Source of the DNA: Candidatus Zambryskiibacteriota bacterium
GTDB lineage: Bacteria > Patescibacteriota > Minisyncoccia > Phycocordibacterales > DATDWN01
Reading direction: 5' to 3'
Length of the DNA stretch: 64,000 nt
Assembly: GCA_003173855.1 (NCBI GenBank)
Contig: PPGI01000010.1
Span: forward strand, 148,696-212,695
Below the pieces are notes generated by a model. It was not told the origin of the DNA. It ran no database searches and saw nothing but the letters and a program-made list of their open reading frames with translations. Position 1 is the stretch's first letter, and each line of letters starts with the position of its first letter. This document shows positions 40,418 to 49,695 of the stretch, piece by piece. The translations under genes were made by a program, and so were the position numbers.

Positions 40418-40466
40418 TCGGAAACCGACGGTTTTCCGACGTTCCCTTCGCTCACTGCCTTCCTGC
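40418..40466 (+). repeat. conserved hairpin + CT-rich motif, copy R1
   Basis: tcggaaa-ccgacggt-tttccga hairpin then CGTTCCCTTCGCTCACTGCCTTCCTG; homologous to 28597-28643. Confidence 0.5.
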
Positions 40467-40507
40467 ACAGGAGAGAGCCTTCTCTCCCGACCCCACACTC
40501 ACCTAAG

Positions 40508-40540
40508 TGGTCAAAAACAAAAACTCCCTTTCGGGAGTAT
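40508..40540 (-). terminator. Rho-independent terminator after rpsI
   Basis: actccc-tttc-gggagt stem, T-run on minus strand. Confidence 0.7.
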
Positions 40541-40544
40541 TTTG

Positions 40545-40958
40545 TTATCTTTTTGACCACTTAGGTGCCTTTCTAGCCTTCTTCAAACCGAATTTGCGTC
40601 GTTCTTTTGCTCGTGGGTCTCGTTTTAGATACCCGGCTCGCTTTAGAGTCTTTCTTAACTCCCCTTTGTGTTCTACCAAAGCTCGGGCAATTCCATGTCG
40701 TAGTGCTTCTGATTGTGAGTGAATTCCTCCACCGTAAATTTTTGCAGTGACTTTGAATTTAGAGTCCATGTCATTTAGAGGTTGTATTGCAGTATTTCTC
40801 ATGTCATCAGTTGGAAAATATTTTTCTAGATCTTTTTCGTTAATAACAATATGATTTTTGGTGCTAGGTGAAATTCGAACACGAGCAACTGAAGTTTTCC
40901 TTCGGCCAACGGCTTCAAAATATTTTTCACTATGATGTTTTGTTGCTTCTCTTTCCAT
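40545..40958 (-). CDS. rpsI: 30S ribosomal protein S9
   Basis: YFEAVGRRKTSVARV ... GGGxxxQxxAxRHGIARAL ... KRDPRAKERRKxGLKKARKAPQFSKR. Confidence 0.95.
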   Translation of the reverse strand: MEREATKHHSEKYFEAVGRRKTSVARVRISPSTKNHIVINEKDLEKYFPTDDMRNTAIQPLNDMDSKFKVTAKIYGGGIHSQSEALRHGIARALVEHKGELRKTLKRAGYLKRDPRAKERRKFGLKKARKAPKWSKR

Positions 40959-40960
40959 AA

Positions 40961-41305
40961 TTATTCGGTAACTTTTAAATTATTCATCATTTTTGCTCGT
41001 AATTTGTTTTTGGGAAGCATTCCCCAAACTGCCTCTCGAAATAGTTCGCTGTAACCCTTTTTAGAAATAACTTCAGACATAGTTGGTTTTCTTAGACCTC
41101 CTGGATAGCCTGAATACCGAGCGTAAGTCTTTTGAGACTTTTTGTTCTCAGTTACCAATGCTTTGCTTGAATTTACAATCTCAACTTGAATATTTGGGAT
41201 TTTATTTCGTGCAAAACTAGTTAAATTCTTGCCCATTAAAAGCACGGCGGCTTCAGTTGCCACTCGCCCAATCTTTTTATTTTGTGCGTCAATTGTGTGC
41301 TTCAT
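40961..41305 (-). CDS. rplM: 50S ribosomal protein L13
   Basis: L13 pattern; operon position before rpsI. Confidence 0.85.
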   Translation of the reverse strand: MKHTIDAQNKKIGRVATEAAVLLMGKNLTSFARNKIPNIQVEIVNSSKALVTENKKSQKTYARYSGYPGGLRKPTMSEVISKKGYSELFREAVWGMLPKNKLRAKMMNNLKVTE

Positions 41306-41307
41306 AT

Positions 41308-41655
41308 CTATACAAATTCAATTACGGCCATAGGTGCCCCATCAGAAAGTCTCTGTGGGAGTTTTGTAATTCTTGTATATCCACCAAGGCGATCTGCATA
41401 CTTTGGAGAAAGATCTTTAAGAATTTTTGTAGCTCCATCTGTACCAATTTTTGAAGATAGCATTCGTCGTGATGCTACTCCGGGATTTCTTCCAAGACTC
41501 ACAAGCTTCTCAACATAAGGTCTGATTTCCTTTGCCTTTGCTTCTGTAGTCATTATTTTTCCATTTTTAACAAGAGATAACGCCAAAGACTTGATGAGAC
41601 CTCGTCTAACCTTTCGAACTCGTCCAAATTTTCTGTTGGCGTTGTGATGTTTCAT
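41308..41655 (-). CDS. rplQ: 50S ribosomal protein L17
   Basis: MKHHNANRKFGR... canonical L17 start. Confidence 0.9.
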   Translation of the reverse strand: MKHHNANRKFGRVRKVRRGLIKSLALSLVKNGKIMTTEAKAKEIRPYVEKLVSLGRNPGVASRRMLSSKIGTDGATKILKDLSPKYADRLGGYTRITKLPQRLSDGAPMAVIEFV

Positions 41656-42602
41656 TATTTTAATGTAATTCCAAATGTTCCTAAAACTTCTTTAATTTCA
41701 TTTAGTCCTTTTGCACCAAGACCTTCAATTTCCAAAATATCCTTTTCTTTCTTTCGAGCAAGGCCGCCGACAGTTCGAATGTTTGCATTTGAAAGTGCGT
41801 TTTGTGTTCTCGCAGAAAGATTAAGTGTTTCGATTCGAGTTTTCAGTGCATCATCATCCATCGGAGTCTTTTGTGACTCTACTGAAGGTGAAGGCATAAT
41901 AATTTCCTCTTCTTTAAATCCAACGATAGCCTTAAGTTGGTTGATCATTGTTTCGATTGATTTCTCAAGGGCTTGTTTTGGGGTAATCGTTCCGTCTGTT
42001 TCAATAAATATTTTTAACCGATTAAAATCTGTTCTGTCTCCAACTCGCATGTTTTCTACTTCATAACTTACGCGTCGAATCGGCGTAAAAATTGCATCAA
42101 GTGTAATTTGGCCAATATCAACTCGATTTTTTTGAATTTCTTCTTTTGGAACAAAACCTAATCCTTTTTGAGAAGTGATCTCCAAATCAAGTTCAGCATT
42201 TTTATCGGTTAAGGTTGCAATAACTAGTTCAGGATTGAGGATTTCAACTCCGCCTGGCAGTTTAATATCTCCTGCAGTTACTTCTTTTGCGCCTTTTGTC
42301 TTAAGTGTAAGAATTTGAGGTTCATCACTAACAATATTTAATCTAATCTTTTTTAGATTTAGTAAAATAGTAATGGCGTCTTCTTTGACGCCAGAAATAA
42401 CAGAAAATTCATGTGGAATGCCGTTAATTTTGACTGCGATCACTGCTGATCCAGGCAAAGACGACAAAATTATTCTTCGAAGTGAGTTTCCAAGTGTATG
42501 GCCATAACCAGGGTACAAGCCATCAATTTCGTACTGTCCGGTAAAGTCAGCTTCCGAGACAATTTTTGGCTTTGAAGGTAATACGATTGTGTAGTCCGAC
42601 AT
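41655..42602 (-). CDS. rpoA: DNA-directed RNA polymerase subunit alpha
   Basis: alpha NTD pattern (GxTLGNxLRR), alpha CTD HhH (EIEGLGAKGLNEI). Confidence 0.95.
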   Translation of the reverse strand: MSDYTIVLPSKPKIVSEADFTGQYEIDGLYPGYGHTLGNSLRRIILSSLPGSAVIAVKINGIPHEFSVISGVKEDAITILLNLKKIRLNIVSDEPQILTLKTKGAKEVTAGDIKLPGGVEILNPELVIATLTDKNAELDLEITSQKGLGFVPKEEIQKNRVDIGQITLDAIFTPIRRVSYEVENMRVGDRTDFNRLKIFIETDGTITPKQALEKSIETMINQLKAIVGFKEEEIIMPSPSVESQKTPMDDDALKTRIETLNLSARTQNALSNANIRTVGGLARKKEKDILEIEGLGAKGLNEIKEVLGTFGITLK

Positions 42603-42674
42603 GTTGCTTTTTAAGTTAATATTTAAAATTAGGCTTGTAAATTCTACATTATTTGGCCATTTTCTGCAAGTGAC

Positions 42675-43280
42675 TTATCTACTGTAAAACTCCACCACTG
42701 TATTTAAATCAAATAAATTCTCAGTTTTAGCTAACTGTGGCGGGCCAACAACTTCTGCTACCTTTTTAGCACTATCAAACTTGACCCAAGCAGGAACTGT
42801 AATGTCCTTTAGACGATCGTCGATATTTGTAAATATTGGTTTCGCTTGGGATCGACCATTTATTGCAATTTTATCCCCCACCTTAAGGTGATGTGCCGGA
42901 GTTGTTACTCGTCGGCCATTAACTGCAATATGACCATGAGAAACCATTTGTCTTGCAGCACCACGAGTTGGAGCGAGGCCAATTCGATAAATTATATTAT
43001 CTAAACGAGATTCTAAAGCCTCATAAATATTTTGAGCAGGACTTCCTGATTTTTTAGCCATTCCAGCTTTTACATAGTTTGCAAATTGCTTTTCCCCAAG
43101 ACCATAAACATATCGAGCTTTTTGTTTTTCATTCATTTGCAAGCCGAATTCTGATTTTGGCTTCATAAAAGTTCGCTTACCCTTTCGCTCCAAATGAAGC
43201 GCATACTTTTGAGTTTGAGTTTTCTCAAAAACTGGAGCTCCAAGTCGTTTTGCGATTTTATATTTTGGTCCTGTTATCAT
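42675..43280 (-). CDS. rpsD: 30S ribosomal protein S4
   Basis: start at internal Met MITGPKYKIAKRLG (S4 N-terminus); S4 RNA-binding domain; track ORF extends 21 codons upstream. Confidence 0.9.
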   Translation of the reverse strand: MITGPKYKIAKRLGAPVFEKTQTQKYALHLERKGKRTFMKPKSEFGLQMNEKQKARYVYGLGEKQFANYVKAGMAKKSGSPAQNIYEALESRLDNIIYRIGLAPTRGAARQMVSHGHIAVNGRRVTTPAHHLKVGDKIAINGRSQAKPIFTNIDDRLKDITVPAWVKFDSAKKVAEVVGPPQLAKTENLFDLNTVVEFYSR

Positions 43281-43287
43281 AAATTTA

Positions 43288-43716
43288 TTATACTCGTCGT
43301 GGTTTCTTTGGTTTTGGTCCGTTGTGAGGTACAGGAGTAACATCTTTAATTGAAGAGATGTTAATTCCCTTTGAGATAAAGCCTCGAATTCCTGACTCTC
43401 GGCCAGAACCTACGCCTTTCACCACAACATAAGCCTCTTTCATGCCCATTGTACTTGCTTTTGAGCCAATGATTTCACCCACCTTAGCAGCAGCAAAAGG
43501 TGTGCCCTTTTTTGCTCCTTTAAAGCCGATAGAACCGCTTGAAGATGTGGCCAAAACATTGCCTTTTGGGTCAGTTAGGACAAGTTTTGTATTGTTGTAT
43601 GTTGATTCAATATAAAGGCCACCTGTATCAACTTTCTTTTTGGAAACAGAAGCAGTCGTCACGACTTTCTTTTCGGACTCTCCACTTGATTCTGTTACAA
43701 TTCTTTTCTTTCCCAT
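43288..43716 (-). CDS. rpsK: 30S ribosomal protein S11
   Basis: S11 pattern (GxAxIxSTxNNTxxTLTD; FKGAKKGTPFAA). Confidence 0.9.
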   Translation of the reverse strand: MGKKRIVTESSGESEKKVVTTASVSKKKVDTGGLYIESTYNNTKLVLTDPKGNVLATSSSGSIGFKGAKKGTPFAAAKVGEIIGSKASTMGMKEAYVVVKGVGSGRESGIRGFISKGINISSIKDVTPVPHNGPKPKKPRRV

Positions 43717-43721
43717 ATTAA

Positions 43722-44099
43722 TTATTTCTTTTCGGCTATCTTGCGGCCCGTACCCATAGTTTTCTTAGCACCACGTCTAGTTCGAGCATTTGTTTTTGTT
43801 CTCTGTCCTCGTGATGGAAGGCCACGCTGATGTCGCATTCCTCGATAAGTTTTAATATCTTTTAGTCGCTTAATATTTCCAGCAACTTCACGTTTTAAAT
43901 CTCCCTCAATTTTGAAAGTCTCGATTGCTTTTCTGATTGCATTCTCCTGATCAACAGTAAGCTCTCGAGGCTTTACTCCATAAGAAACTTTGGCCATATC
44001 CAAAATTTTATGAGCTCGTGGTCGACCAACTCCGTAAAGGATGGTCAAGCCAATTTCAATTCTTTTTTCTTCTGGGATTGTAATTCCTGCTACTCGCAT
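43722..44099 (-). CDS. rpsM: 30S ribosomal protein S13
   Basis: MRVAGITIPEEKRIEIGLTxIYGVG. Confidence 0.95.
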   Translation of the reverse strand: MRVAGITIPEEKRIEIGLTILYGVGRPRAHKILDMAKVSYGVKPRELTVDQENAIRKAIETFKIEGDLKREVAGNIKRLKDIKTYRGMRHQRGLPSRGQRTKTNARTRRGAKKTMGTGRKIAEKK

Positions 44100-44111
44100 A
44101 TTAAATATAAT

Positions 44112-44228
44112 TTATCCTTGGCGTTGTTTGTGGCGTGCATTAGCTTTGCATACAACATAAACATAGCCCTTCCTTCGAACGACCTGACAATAGGAACACA
44201 TCTTTTTTACTGAAGATTTTACTTTCAT
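44112..44228 (-). CDS. rpmJ: 50S ribosomal protein L36
   Basis: manual translation of minus strand: [38 protein letters not shown] (38 aa); below the ORF-track length cutoff. Confidence 0.85.
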   Translation of the reverse strand: MKVKSSVKKMCSYCQVVRRKGYVYVVCKANARHKQRQG

Positions 44229-44236
44229 ATATTCAG

Positions 44237-44458
44237 CTAAACTCGTTTTACGATGCGGCCCTTTCCACCGTATGGATCGACCTCAACCACAACTTTGTCT
44301 CCTATCAAAACTCGTATCTTATGCAATCTCATTTTTCCTGACAAATAAGTGAGCATTTCCTCTCCATTATCATCCCTTTTTACTTTAAAGAAAGTGTTGG
44401 GTAAAGTTTCAATAACTTGTGCTTCGATTGTAGATAGTTTTTTATTCTGATCTTGCAT
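44237..44458 (-). CDS. infA: translation initiation factor IF-1
   Basis: S1-like OB fold, 73 aa, canonical IF-1 sequence. Confidence 0.9.
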   Translation of the reverse strand: MQDQNKKLSTIEAQVIETLPNTFFKVKRDDNGEEMLTYLSGKMRLHKIRVLIGDKVVVEVDPYGGKGRIVKRV

Positions 44459-44534
44459 TAAATTAACACTTACCCAAAAGGGCGTGTAATAAAGGCATAT
44501 TACAAAATATGGCTATATAAGTCAACACATTTTC

Positions 44535-45905
44535 CTAACTAGGGATAGTATTAACAATTGTCACCTTTTTAGGATCATTTGGGATAGTTTGATTCCAGAA
44601 TGGTCGAGTGACAACCCAGGCTTCTTGAATACTTGGGTAGCTGCCGATAACTACTTTGGCATTTTGCTTAGATAGACCTAAAAGATCAGTTTTAAGCTTA
44701 TTTTGATCATAAATCCAGACTATATTTGGCTGACCAGAAAGGTTAAATGTAACTTGAGATGTATTGTTTGAAATACTCGTTGAAGCTGTCTGGTAGCTGA
44801 ATTTAAGATTATCAAGATTAGTAATCTTAACCATACTTGCATCTGTTTGAGGTAAAATTTGAGCGAGTATTGCTTTAGTTAAAAGCGCTCTGTCAAAAAT
44901 AACTGCAGTGGCAACGCCTGATTTTTTAAGGACAGGCCCGGTTTGCGTATTGGCTTCGGTCACGGGATCAAGGTCATAAACAAGACTTTCTTTGTAAAGA
45001 ACAAAGTTTGCGGGAATTTGGGCAGTGATATCACGAGAAAGCGAATCTTTAAGTGAAGCGCTCATTTGTGATTCTGATTGACTCATTACGTCTTTTGAGA
45101 AAACTTTTTGAGTACCGGAAAAACCACCAGTCATTTCTGTTTTTGATCTCGCATAAATTTTTGTATATTTTGGATCGCCCTTTAGCCCTGGAAGAGTGAA
45201 ATCTTTGAGTCCAATGTTGTATTCTTGACCAGCCTTATCAGCAATAACAGAGGCCTCAACTGACCCTGCAACAGTAGTCCCATTTTTAGTTTCCATTCCT
45301 GGAATAATAATTGGATTTATAGCTCGAAAAATCAATCCTTCTGGGGTTTGGAATCTCGTCGTGGCTACCAATTTTTGCGGTTCAGTTGAATAATTATTGT
45401 AAATAACAATTTTTCCGGTAGCTTTTTGGTTTACTATTTGCTCGGAAGTAGCCAAAGTCGGATCGAGATCTTTTTCTACATCTTTGTTCACTGTAACAAC
45501 TTGGAATCCCAAATTTGCTGCAACATCATTTTTTGCAGTAAATATGCTGTTTAAATTTTTCACATCTTGTTTTGGTGTAATAGTAACTTCTGCACTTTTA
45601 AATAATGTAGAAATTCCAAATGCAACAATCATAACTAGAAGGGTACCTGCGATATAAAGCCATTTTTTTGATTTCTTTTTTGGTTCATCGTATTCATATT
45701 TGTACGATGGAATTTCCACTCTAGGTTTAGGTACCTGCACTTGTGGCACTTCTACCTCTTCTTTTTCCTTAATTACTTCCTTTTTTATAGTGATTTTTGT
45801 CCTCTTAGGAGGTTCATCGACGACAGTACGCTTTTTAGACGCAATTTCTATATTTCTTATAGACTTTTTTGGAGGAATAATGTCCTGAACTGGCTCTTTT
45901 TTCAT
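44535..45905 (-). CDS. hypothetical membrane-anchored protein with Lys-rich cytoplasmic N-terminus
   Basis: K/E/P-rich low-complexity N-terminus, single TM, ~350 aa extracytoplasmic domain. Confidence 0.5.
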   Translation of the reverse strand: MKKEPVQDIIPPKKSIRNIEIASKKRTVVDEPPKRTKITIKKEVIKEKEEVEVPQVQVPKPRVEIPSYKYEYDEPKKKSKKWLYIAGTLLVMIVAFGISTLFKSAEVTITPKQDVKNLNSIFTAKNDVAANLGFQVVTVNKDVEKDLDPTLATSEQIVNQKATGKIVIYNNYSTEPQKLVATTRFQTPEGLIFRAINPIIIPGMETKNGTTVAGSVEASVIADKAGQEYNIGLKDFTLPGLKGDPKYTKIYARSKTEMTGGFSGTQKVFSKDVMSQSESQMSASLKDSLSRDITAQIPANFVLYKESLVYDLDPVTEANTQTGPVLKKSGVATAVIFDRALLTKAILAQILPQTDASMVKITNLDNLKFSYQTASTSISNNTSQVTFNLSGQPNIVWIYDQNKLKTDLLGLSKQNAKVVIGSYPSIQEAWVVTRPFWNQTIPNDPKKVTIVNTIPS

Positions 45906-45961
45906 ACTTTTTCCATTTTAACTCACTGTTTGCTCTTTGCCAAGAATTTATTGTTGAGAAA

Positions 45962-47161
45962 CTAGTTGCGCATCATTTTGCTATAAAAAATTGCTAAAAT
46001 TGCGATAAATGAATCAACTACATTTGAAGATGCATTTTTATAAAAAGGTGAAAGCAATTTATTATTTATATTTACAATATCCACATTTTTCCTAAAGTTT
46101 TGAGTCTGGTCATTTTTTGTAAGTTTTAAAAACTTACAGTATAGATCAAGAATATCCTCATCAGCTGTTAAATAAATTCTCCCTGGGAGAAAATAATTGG
46201 GATCAAGTTCACTTAACGCCTGTTCAAGATAAATACTCCATTCTTTTTCTATATCAGAAATAATACTTTGCATTTTTTCAATATGTTCGGGATCAAGTTT
46301 TTCTAGTATGTATAAATGAAGTGTTGATTCAGCCAGCTCATATGTTGTATTTAGCGATTTTGCAATATGTCTCATTGCAAAATTTCTGCCGGAGGGGATT
46401 GTCACAGTTTGCATTATTACTTCATCCCGAACAAGAGTTATATCAGTAACTTCACTAGAAATATCCATGATTAAAAAATCACTGTAATTAATAAATATAT
46501 CGCGAAAAGCAGCAAACTCAATAAACGGAAAGGTATGCATTATGATTTTTTCTTTAGGAATATGCGTGTGTTTTAAAACAACTTGAGAAATAATATCGAG
46601 TGTTCTTTTTTCCAATACTGACATGAATAAATAAGCGTCTAACTGGGTAGCTTTTTTACCAATACTATTTTTTAACGGGTAACCGTTAATTTTTGTATTA
46701 ATGATGCTTGATTCAATAATTTCAAAATCCTCATCCTCATCTAGATTTTTTCTAAGCTCGTTTTCAAATGATGTACTTTCTTTATTGATAATATCTTCTA
46801 AAAAATTCTCGCTAATTACAAAAGGAACCTCTTGAGAAAGATTTAAACACATAGTTTTTGAATAAAACCATGGAGAGGAAAAGGAAAAGACAACGTGGGC
46901 AATTCTCTTTTCTTTATTTTTTAAAAAAGCGCTATTTAATCCTTCTTCAACCAATTTTTTAAAAGTTGAATCAAGATTCTCTAGAAGAATTTTTAAAAGT
47001 TCCTTGACTTGAGATTTTGGAAGAATTGGAAAAACGGATTTTGCCACATAAACAAATGTCGGTAATTCTGATTTAGAAAATACAACAATACTTCCTGTAA
47101 TACTTCCATTTCCAATATCAATAAGAATTGATATTTCTTCTTTTTCCTTCCCAAATAACAT
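45962..47161 (-). CDS. actin-fold ATPase, FtsA/PilM-like (divergent)
   Basis: phosphate-1 like ILIDIGNGSITGS and DISSEVTDITLV...IPSGRNF resembling FtsA/PilM ATPase motifs. Confidence 0.4.
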   Translation of the reverse strand: MLFGKEKEEISILIDIGNGSITGSIVVFSKSELPTFVYVAKSVFPILPKSQVKELLKILLENLDSTFKKLVEEGLNSAFLKNKEKRIAHVVFSFSSPWFYSKTMCLNLSQEVPFVISENFLEDIINKESTSFENELRKNLDEDEDFEIIESSIINTKINGYPLKNSIGKKATQLDAYLFMSVLEKRTLDIISQVVLKHTHIPKEKIIMHTFPFIEFAAFRDIFINYSDFLIMDISSEVTDITLVRDEVIMQTVTIPSGRNFAMRHIAKSLNTTYELAESTLHLYILEKLDPEHIEKMQSIISDIEKEWSIYLEQALSELDPNYFLPGRIYLTADEDILDLYCKFLKLTKNDQTQNFRKNVDIVNINNKLLSPFYKNASSNVVDSFIAILAIFYSKMMRN

Positions 47162-47165
47162 TTCT

Positions 47166-48479
47166 CTATTCTAACACAGCCTTGAATTTCTTTTCTCCGC
47201 CTTTTCTAGAGAGTTCTTGATGTTTTTTTAATTCATTAAAAAAGCCTTCCTCATCTATAGTACAATTATTTTCAAGTGCCAACTCTTTTATAAGTTCAAA
47301 TGGATAACCGTAGGTTGAGTACAACAAAAATGCCTTTTCTGCTGAAATAGAGCCGCCTTTTCTTAGATTTTGTTCAAGTATTTTTTTACCGGATTGAAGG
47401 GTTTTTAGAAATTTAATTTCTTCTTGATTTATAGTCTCACTTATTTCTGATGCTTTTTTATCTAATTCATAATCTGTTCCTGTGTAAACAGGAATAACAT
47501 AATCAATTAATTCAGACAATTTACTAGTAGAACCAAGTGAATTATAGTAATAAATCGCACGTCTTAATAATCTTCTCAAAATATAGCCTCTACCAGTGTT
47601 CGCCGGTTTAACAGAATCTGCAATCATAAAAGTTGAGGTGCGAATATGATCTGCAACGATCCGCATCCCTTTAATATCTTTTGATTTTGAATTTTCTTTT
47701 ATTTTTTGCATTACTGGATAGAATAAGTCAGTATCAAAAATATTATCTTTACCTTGAATAACCATAACTAATCGTTCTAAACCTGAACCCGTGTCAACAT
47801 TTTTTTGTTCAAGTGTGCCAGTAACTTTTCCATCTTTTTTCAGATACTGCATAAAAACATCATTCCATATTTCAACCACTTTTTGTTCATCATCGGCTTT
47901 TATATATTCCTCTTTTGTTAAATCCCCTAATCCATCCTTTGTAATGTCATAAAACATTTCTGTGTCAGGTCCACAAGGACCATTGTCGCCTACACTCCAC
48001 CAATTCGATTTAGCTCCCATAAAATAAATTCGATTTTCCGGTACAAATTTTTTCCATATCTCAAAGGCTTCAGTATCTTTTAGAGCATTTTCATCACCCT
48101 CAAAAACAGTTACATATAAGCGTTTAGGATCGAGACCAAATCCTTCAGTTTTAGATGTTAGAAGCTCATAACTCCATTTAATAGCTTCTTCTTTAAAATA
48201 ATCTCCGAGAGACCAGTTACCAAGCATTTCAAAAAAAGTATCATGAGTGTTGTCTCCAACTTCCAAAATATCTTGAGTCCGGACACATTTTTGAGAATTA
48301 ACCAATTTCCTCCCATCTGGATGGTTTTTCCCAAGAAGATAAGGGATTAATGGTTGCATTCCGGCAGTCGTAAATAAAACAGAATCTGTTTCGGGTATTA
48401 AAGAAGCTGATGGAATAATCACGTGCCCACGTTTTTTGAAAAATTCTAAAAATTTCTGTCGAACCTCGTTTGAATTCAT
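47166..48479 (-). CDS. alaS: alanyl-tRNA synthetase, catalytic fragment only (437 aa; no editing or C-Ala domain)
   Basis: AlaRS N-terminus FLEFFKKRGH...FTTAGMQP...CVRTQD...FFEMLGNWSLGDYFK; ends after tRNA-recognition region. Confidence 0.8.
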   Translation of the reverse strand: MNSNEVRQKFLEFFKKRGHVIIPSASLIPETDSVLFTTAGMQPLIPYLLGKNHPDGRKLVNSQKCVRTQDILEVGDNTHDTFFEMLGNWSLGDYFKEEAIKWSYELLTSKTEGFGLDPKRLYVTVFEGDENALKDTEAFEIWKKFVPENRIYFMGAKSNWWSVGDNGPCGPDTEMFYDITKDGLGDLTKEEYIKADDEQKVVEIWNDVFMQYLKKDGKVTGTLEQKNVDTGSGLERLVMVIQGKDNIFDTDLFYPVMQKIKENSKSKDIKGMRIVADHIRTSTFMIADSVKPANTGRGYILRRLLRRAIYYYNSLGSTSKLSELIDYVIPVYTGTDYELDKKASEISETINQEEIKFLKTLQSGKKILEQNLRKGGSISAEKAFLLYSTYGYPFELIKELALENNCTIDEEGFFNELKKHQELSRKGGEKKFKAVLE

Positions 48480-49084
48480 TTATATTTTTTTAGAATTTGA
48501 AAATCTTCCATTAACGTTTCTCGATTTGAACTGTTGTAAAGCGCTACAGCTGGATGATAAAACGGGATAATAGTAACTTTGCCATACTTTGTATCAGCTA
48601 CAAACTCTTTGCCGTGAATTTGAGTTATAGATCTAATCATATCCTTAAGGCCAAAATGTTCAAGTATATAGGCCATTGAAAACCGACCAAGTGTTGCAAT
48701 AACTTTCGGTTCAATAATTTCAATTTGGCGATCAAGAAATGGTGAGTAGAGCTTAATTTCTTCTTCTGCTGGATCGCGATTTTCTGGCGGGCGATCCTTA
48801 ACTACATTTGTAATGTATACATTACTGCGATTTAGATTAATTGACGCGAGCATTTCATCCAAAAGTTTTCCTGATCTGCCGCAGAATGGCCGTGCTGTTT
48901 CCGCTTCCGATTTTCCCGGAGCTTCCCCGATAAACATTATTTTTGCAGCGTGACTTCCCTCTCCAACAACAGGAAAATACTTATTTTTTCGTCTATATTC
49001 GTAAAGCGGTGACTCTTTAAAATTGACTAATTCGTCACGAATTTGCTTCATTTGATTGAATTTATGATCCGGAGCAAAAGACAT
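48476..49084 (-). CDS. uracil-DNA glycosylase, family 4
   Basis: GEAPG..E...ARPFCGRSG motif (family 4 GEGPG/ PFVG-like), HPAVALY; start taken at internal Met to avoid overlap. Confidence 0.8.
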   Translation of the reverse strand: MSFAPDHKFNQMKQIRDELVNFKESPLYEYRRKNKYFPVVGEGSHAAKIMFIGEAPGKSEAETARPFCGRSGKLLDEMLASINLNRSNVYITNVVKDRPPENRDPAEEEIKLYSPFLDRQIEIIEPKVIATLGRFSMAYILEHFGLKDMIRSITQIHGKEFVADTKYGKVTIIPFYHPAVALYNSSNRETLMEDFQILKKYK

Positions 49085-49089
49085 GCGAG

Positions 49090-49695
49090 TTATTTTATGT
49101 ATTTTTTCTTCCAAACAACAGAATTTTTTGGAAACCACCAATTATTTGAATCAATATCAGTTATTGCACGGGCAAGATCTTTGCCTTGCGGTGTTTTTAA
49201 TCGCTCAACTGCTCTCTGCATCCATTCAAAAGCTCTGGTATTGCCTGTATCTACTTCTTCCTTAAGAGAAAGAATCCACTCTAAATTATCGGCATCCTTA
49301 ACCAAAAGAGCTTCTTTTGATTCTCTTTTTTCATATTCTTCCAAAGTATTGAACATGTCTTTGCCAAACGGCACAGAATCAGAAATATCTTTGACAGCAC
49401 TATGCTCGCGTCGTTCAACATATTTTTGATGAATATGATTTAAATCAGAAATTCTAGTTTCTGAAATATCGTGAAAAAGGCACATTTTTAAAACCTTAAG
49501 TACATCAACTGTGCCATCCATTTGGGCTAGAGCATACCCAATAAAGGCCACGCGATTTACATGCTCTGCTACTGACTGTTTTCCTGTGCCTAGAAAATGA
49601 AATCCGCTTCGTGGAGTTTTTGCAAGCATGCCAACTTCAAACAGAAAATTTACAATGTCTCTATTTGCATTTCGATCTAATTTCCCTTTTTTCAT
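49090..49695 (-). CDS. HD-domain phosphohydrolase, YfbR-like 5'-deoxynucleotidase
   Basis: H..R motif (AEHVNRVAFIG) and HD motif (LFHDISE). Confidence 0.75.
   Translation of the reverse strand: MKKGKLDRNANRDIVNFLFEVGMLAKTPRSGFHFLGTGKQSVAEHVNRVAFIGYALAQMDGTVDVLKVLKMCLFHDISETRISDLNHIHQKYVERREHSAVKDISDSVPFGKDMFNTLEEYEKRESKEALLVKDADNLEWILSLKEEVDTGNTRAFEWMQRAVERLKTPQGKDLARAITDIDSNNWWFPKNSVVWKKKYIK

Noticed and set aside
40361-40500. Considered an SRP (4.5S) RNA on the minus strand because of a CAGGAAGGCAG segment resembling the GGAA tetraloop region
   Set aside because: The conserved GGAAGCAGCC flank and the complementary 3' strand of helix 8 are absent. The region does not fold into one long hairpin.
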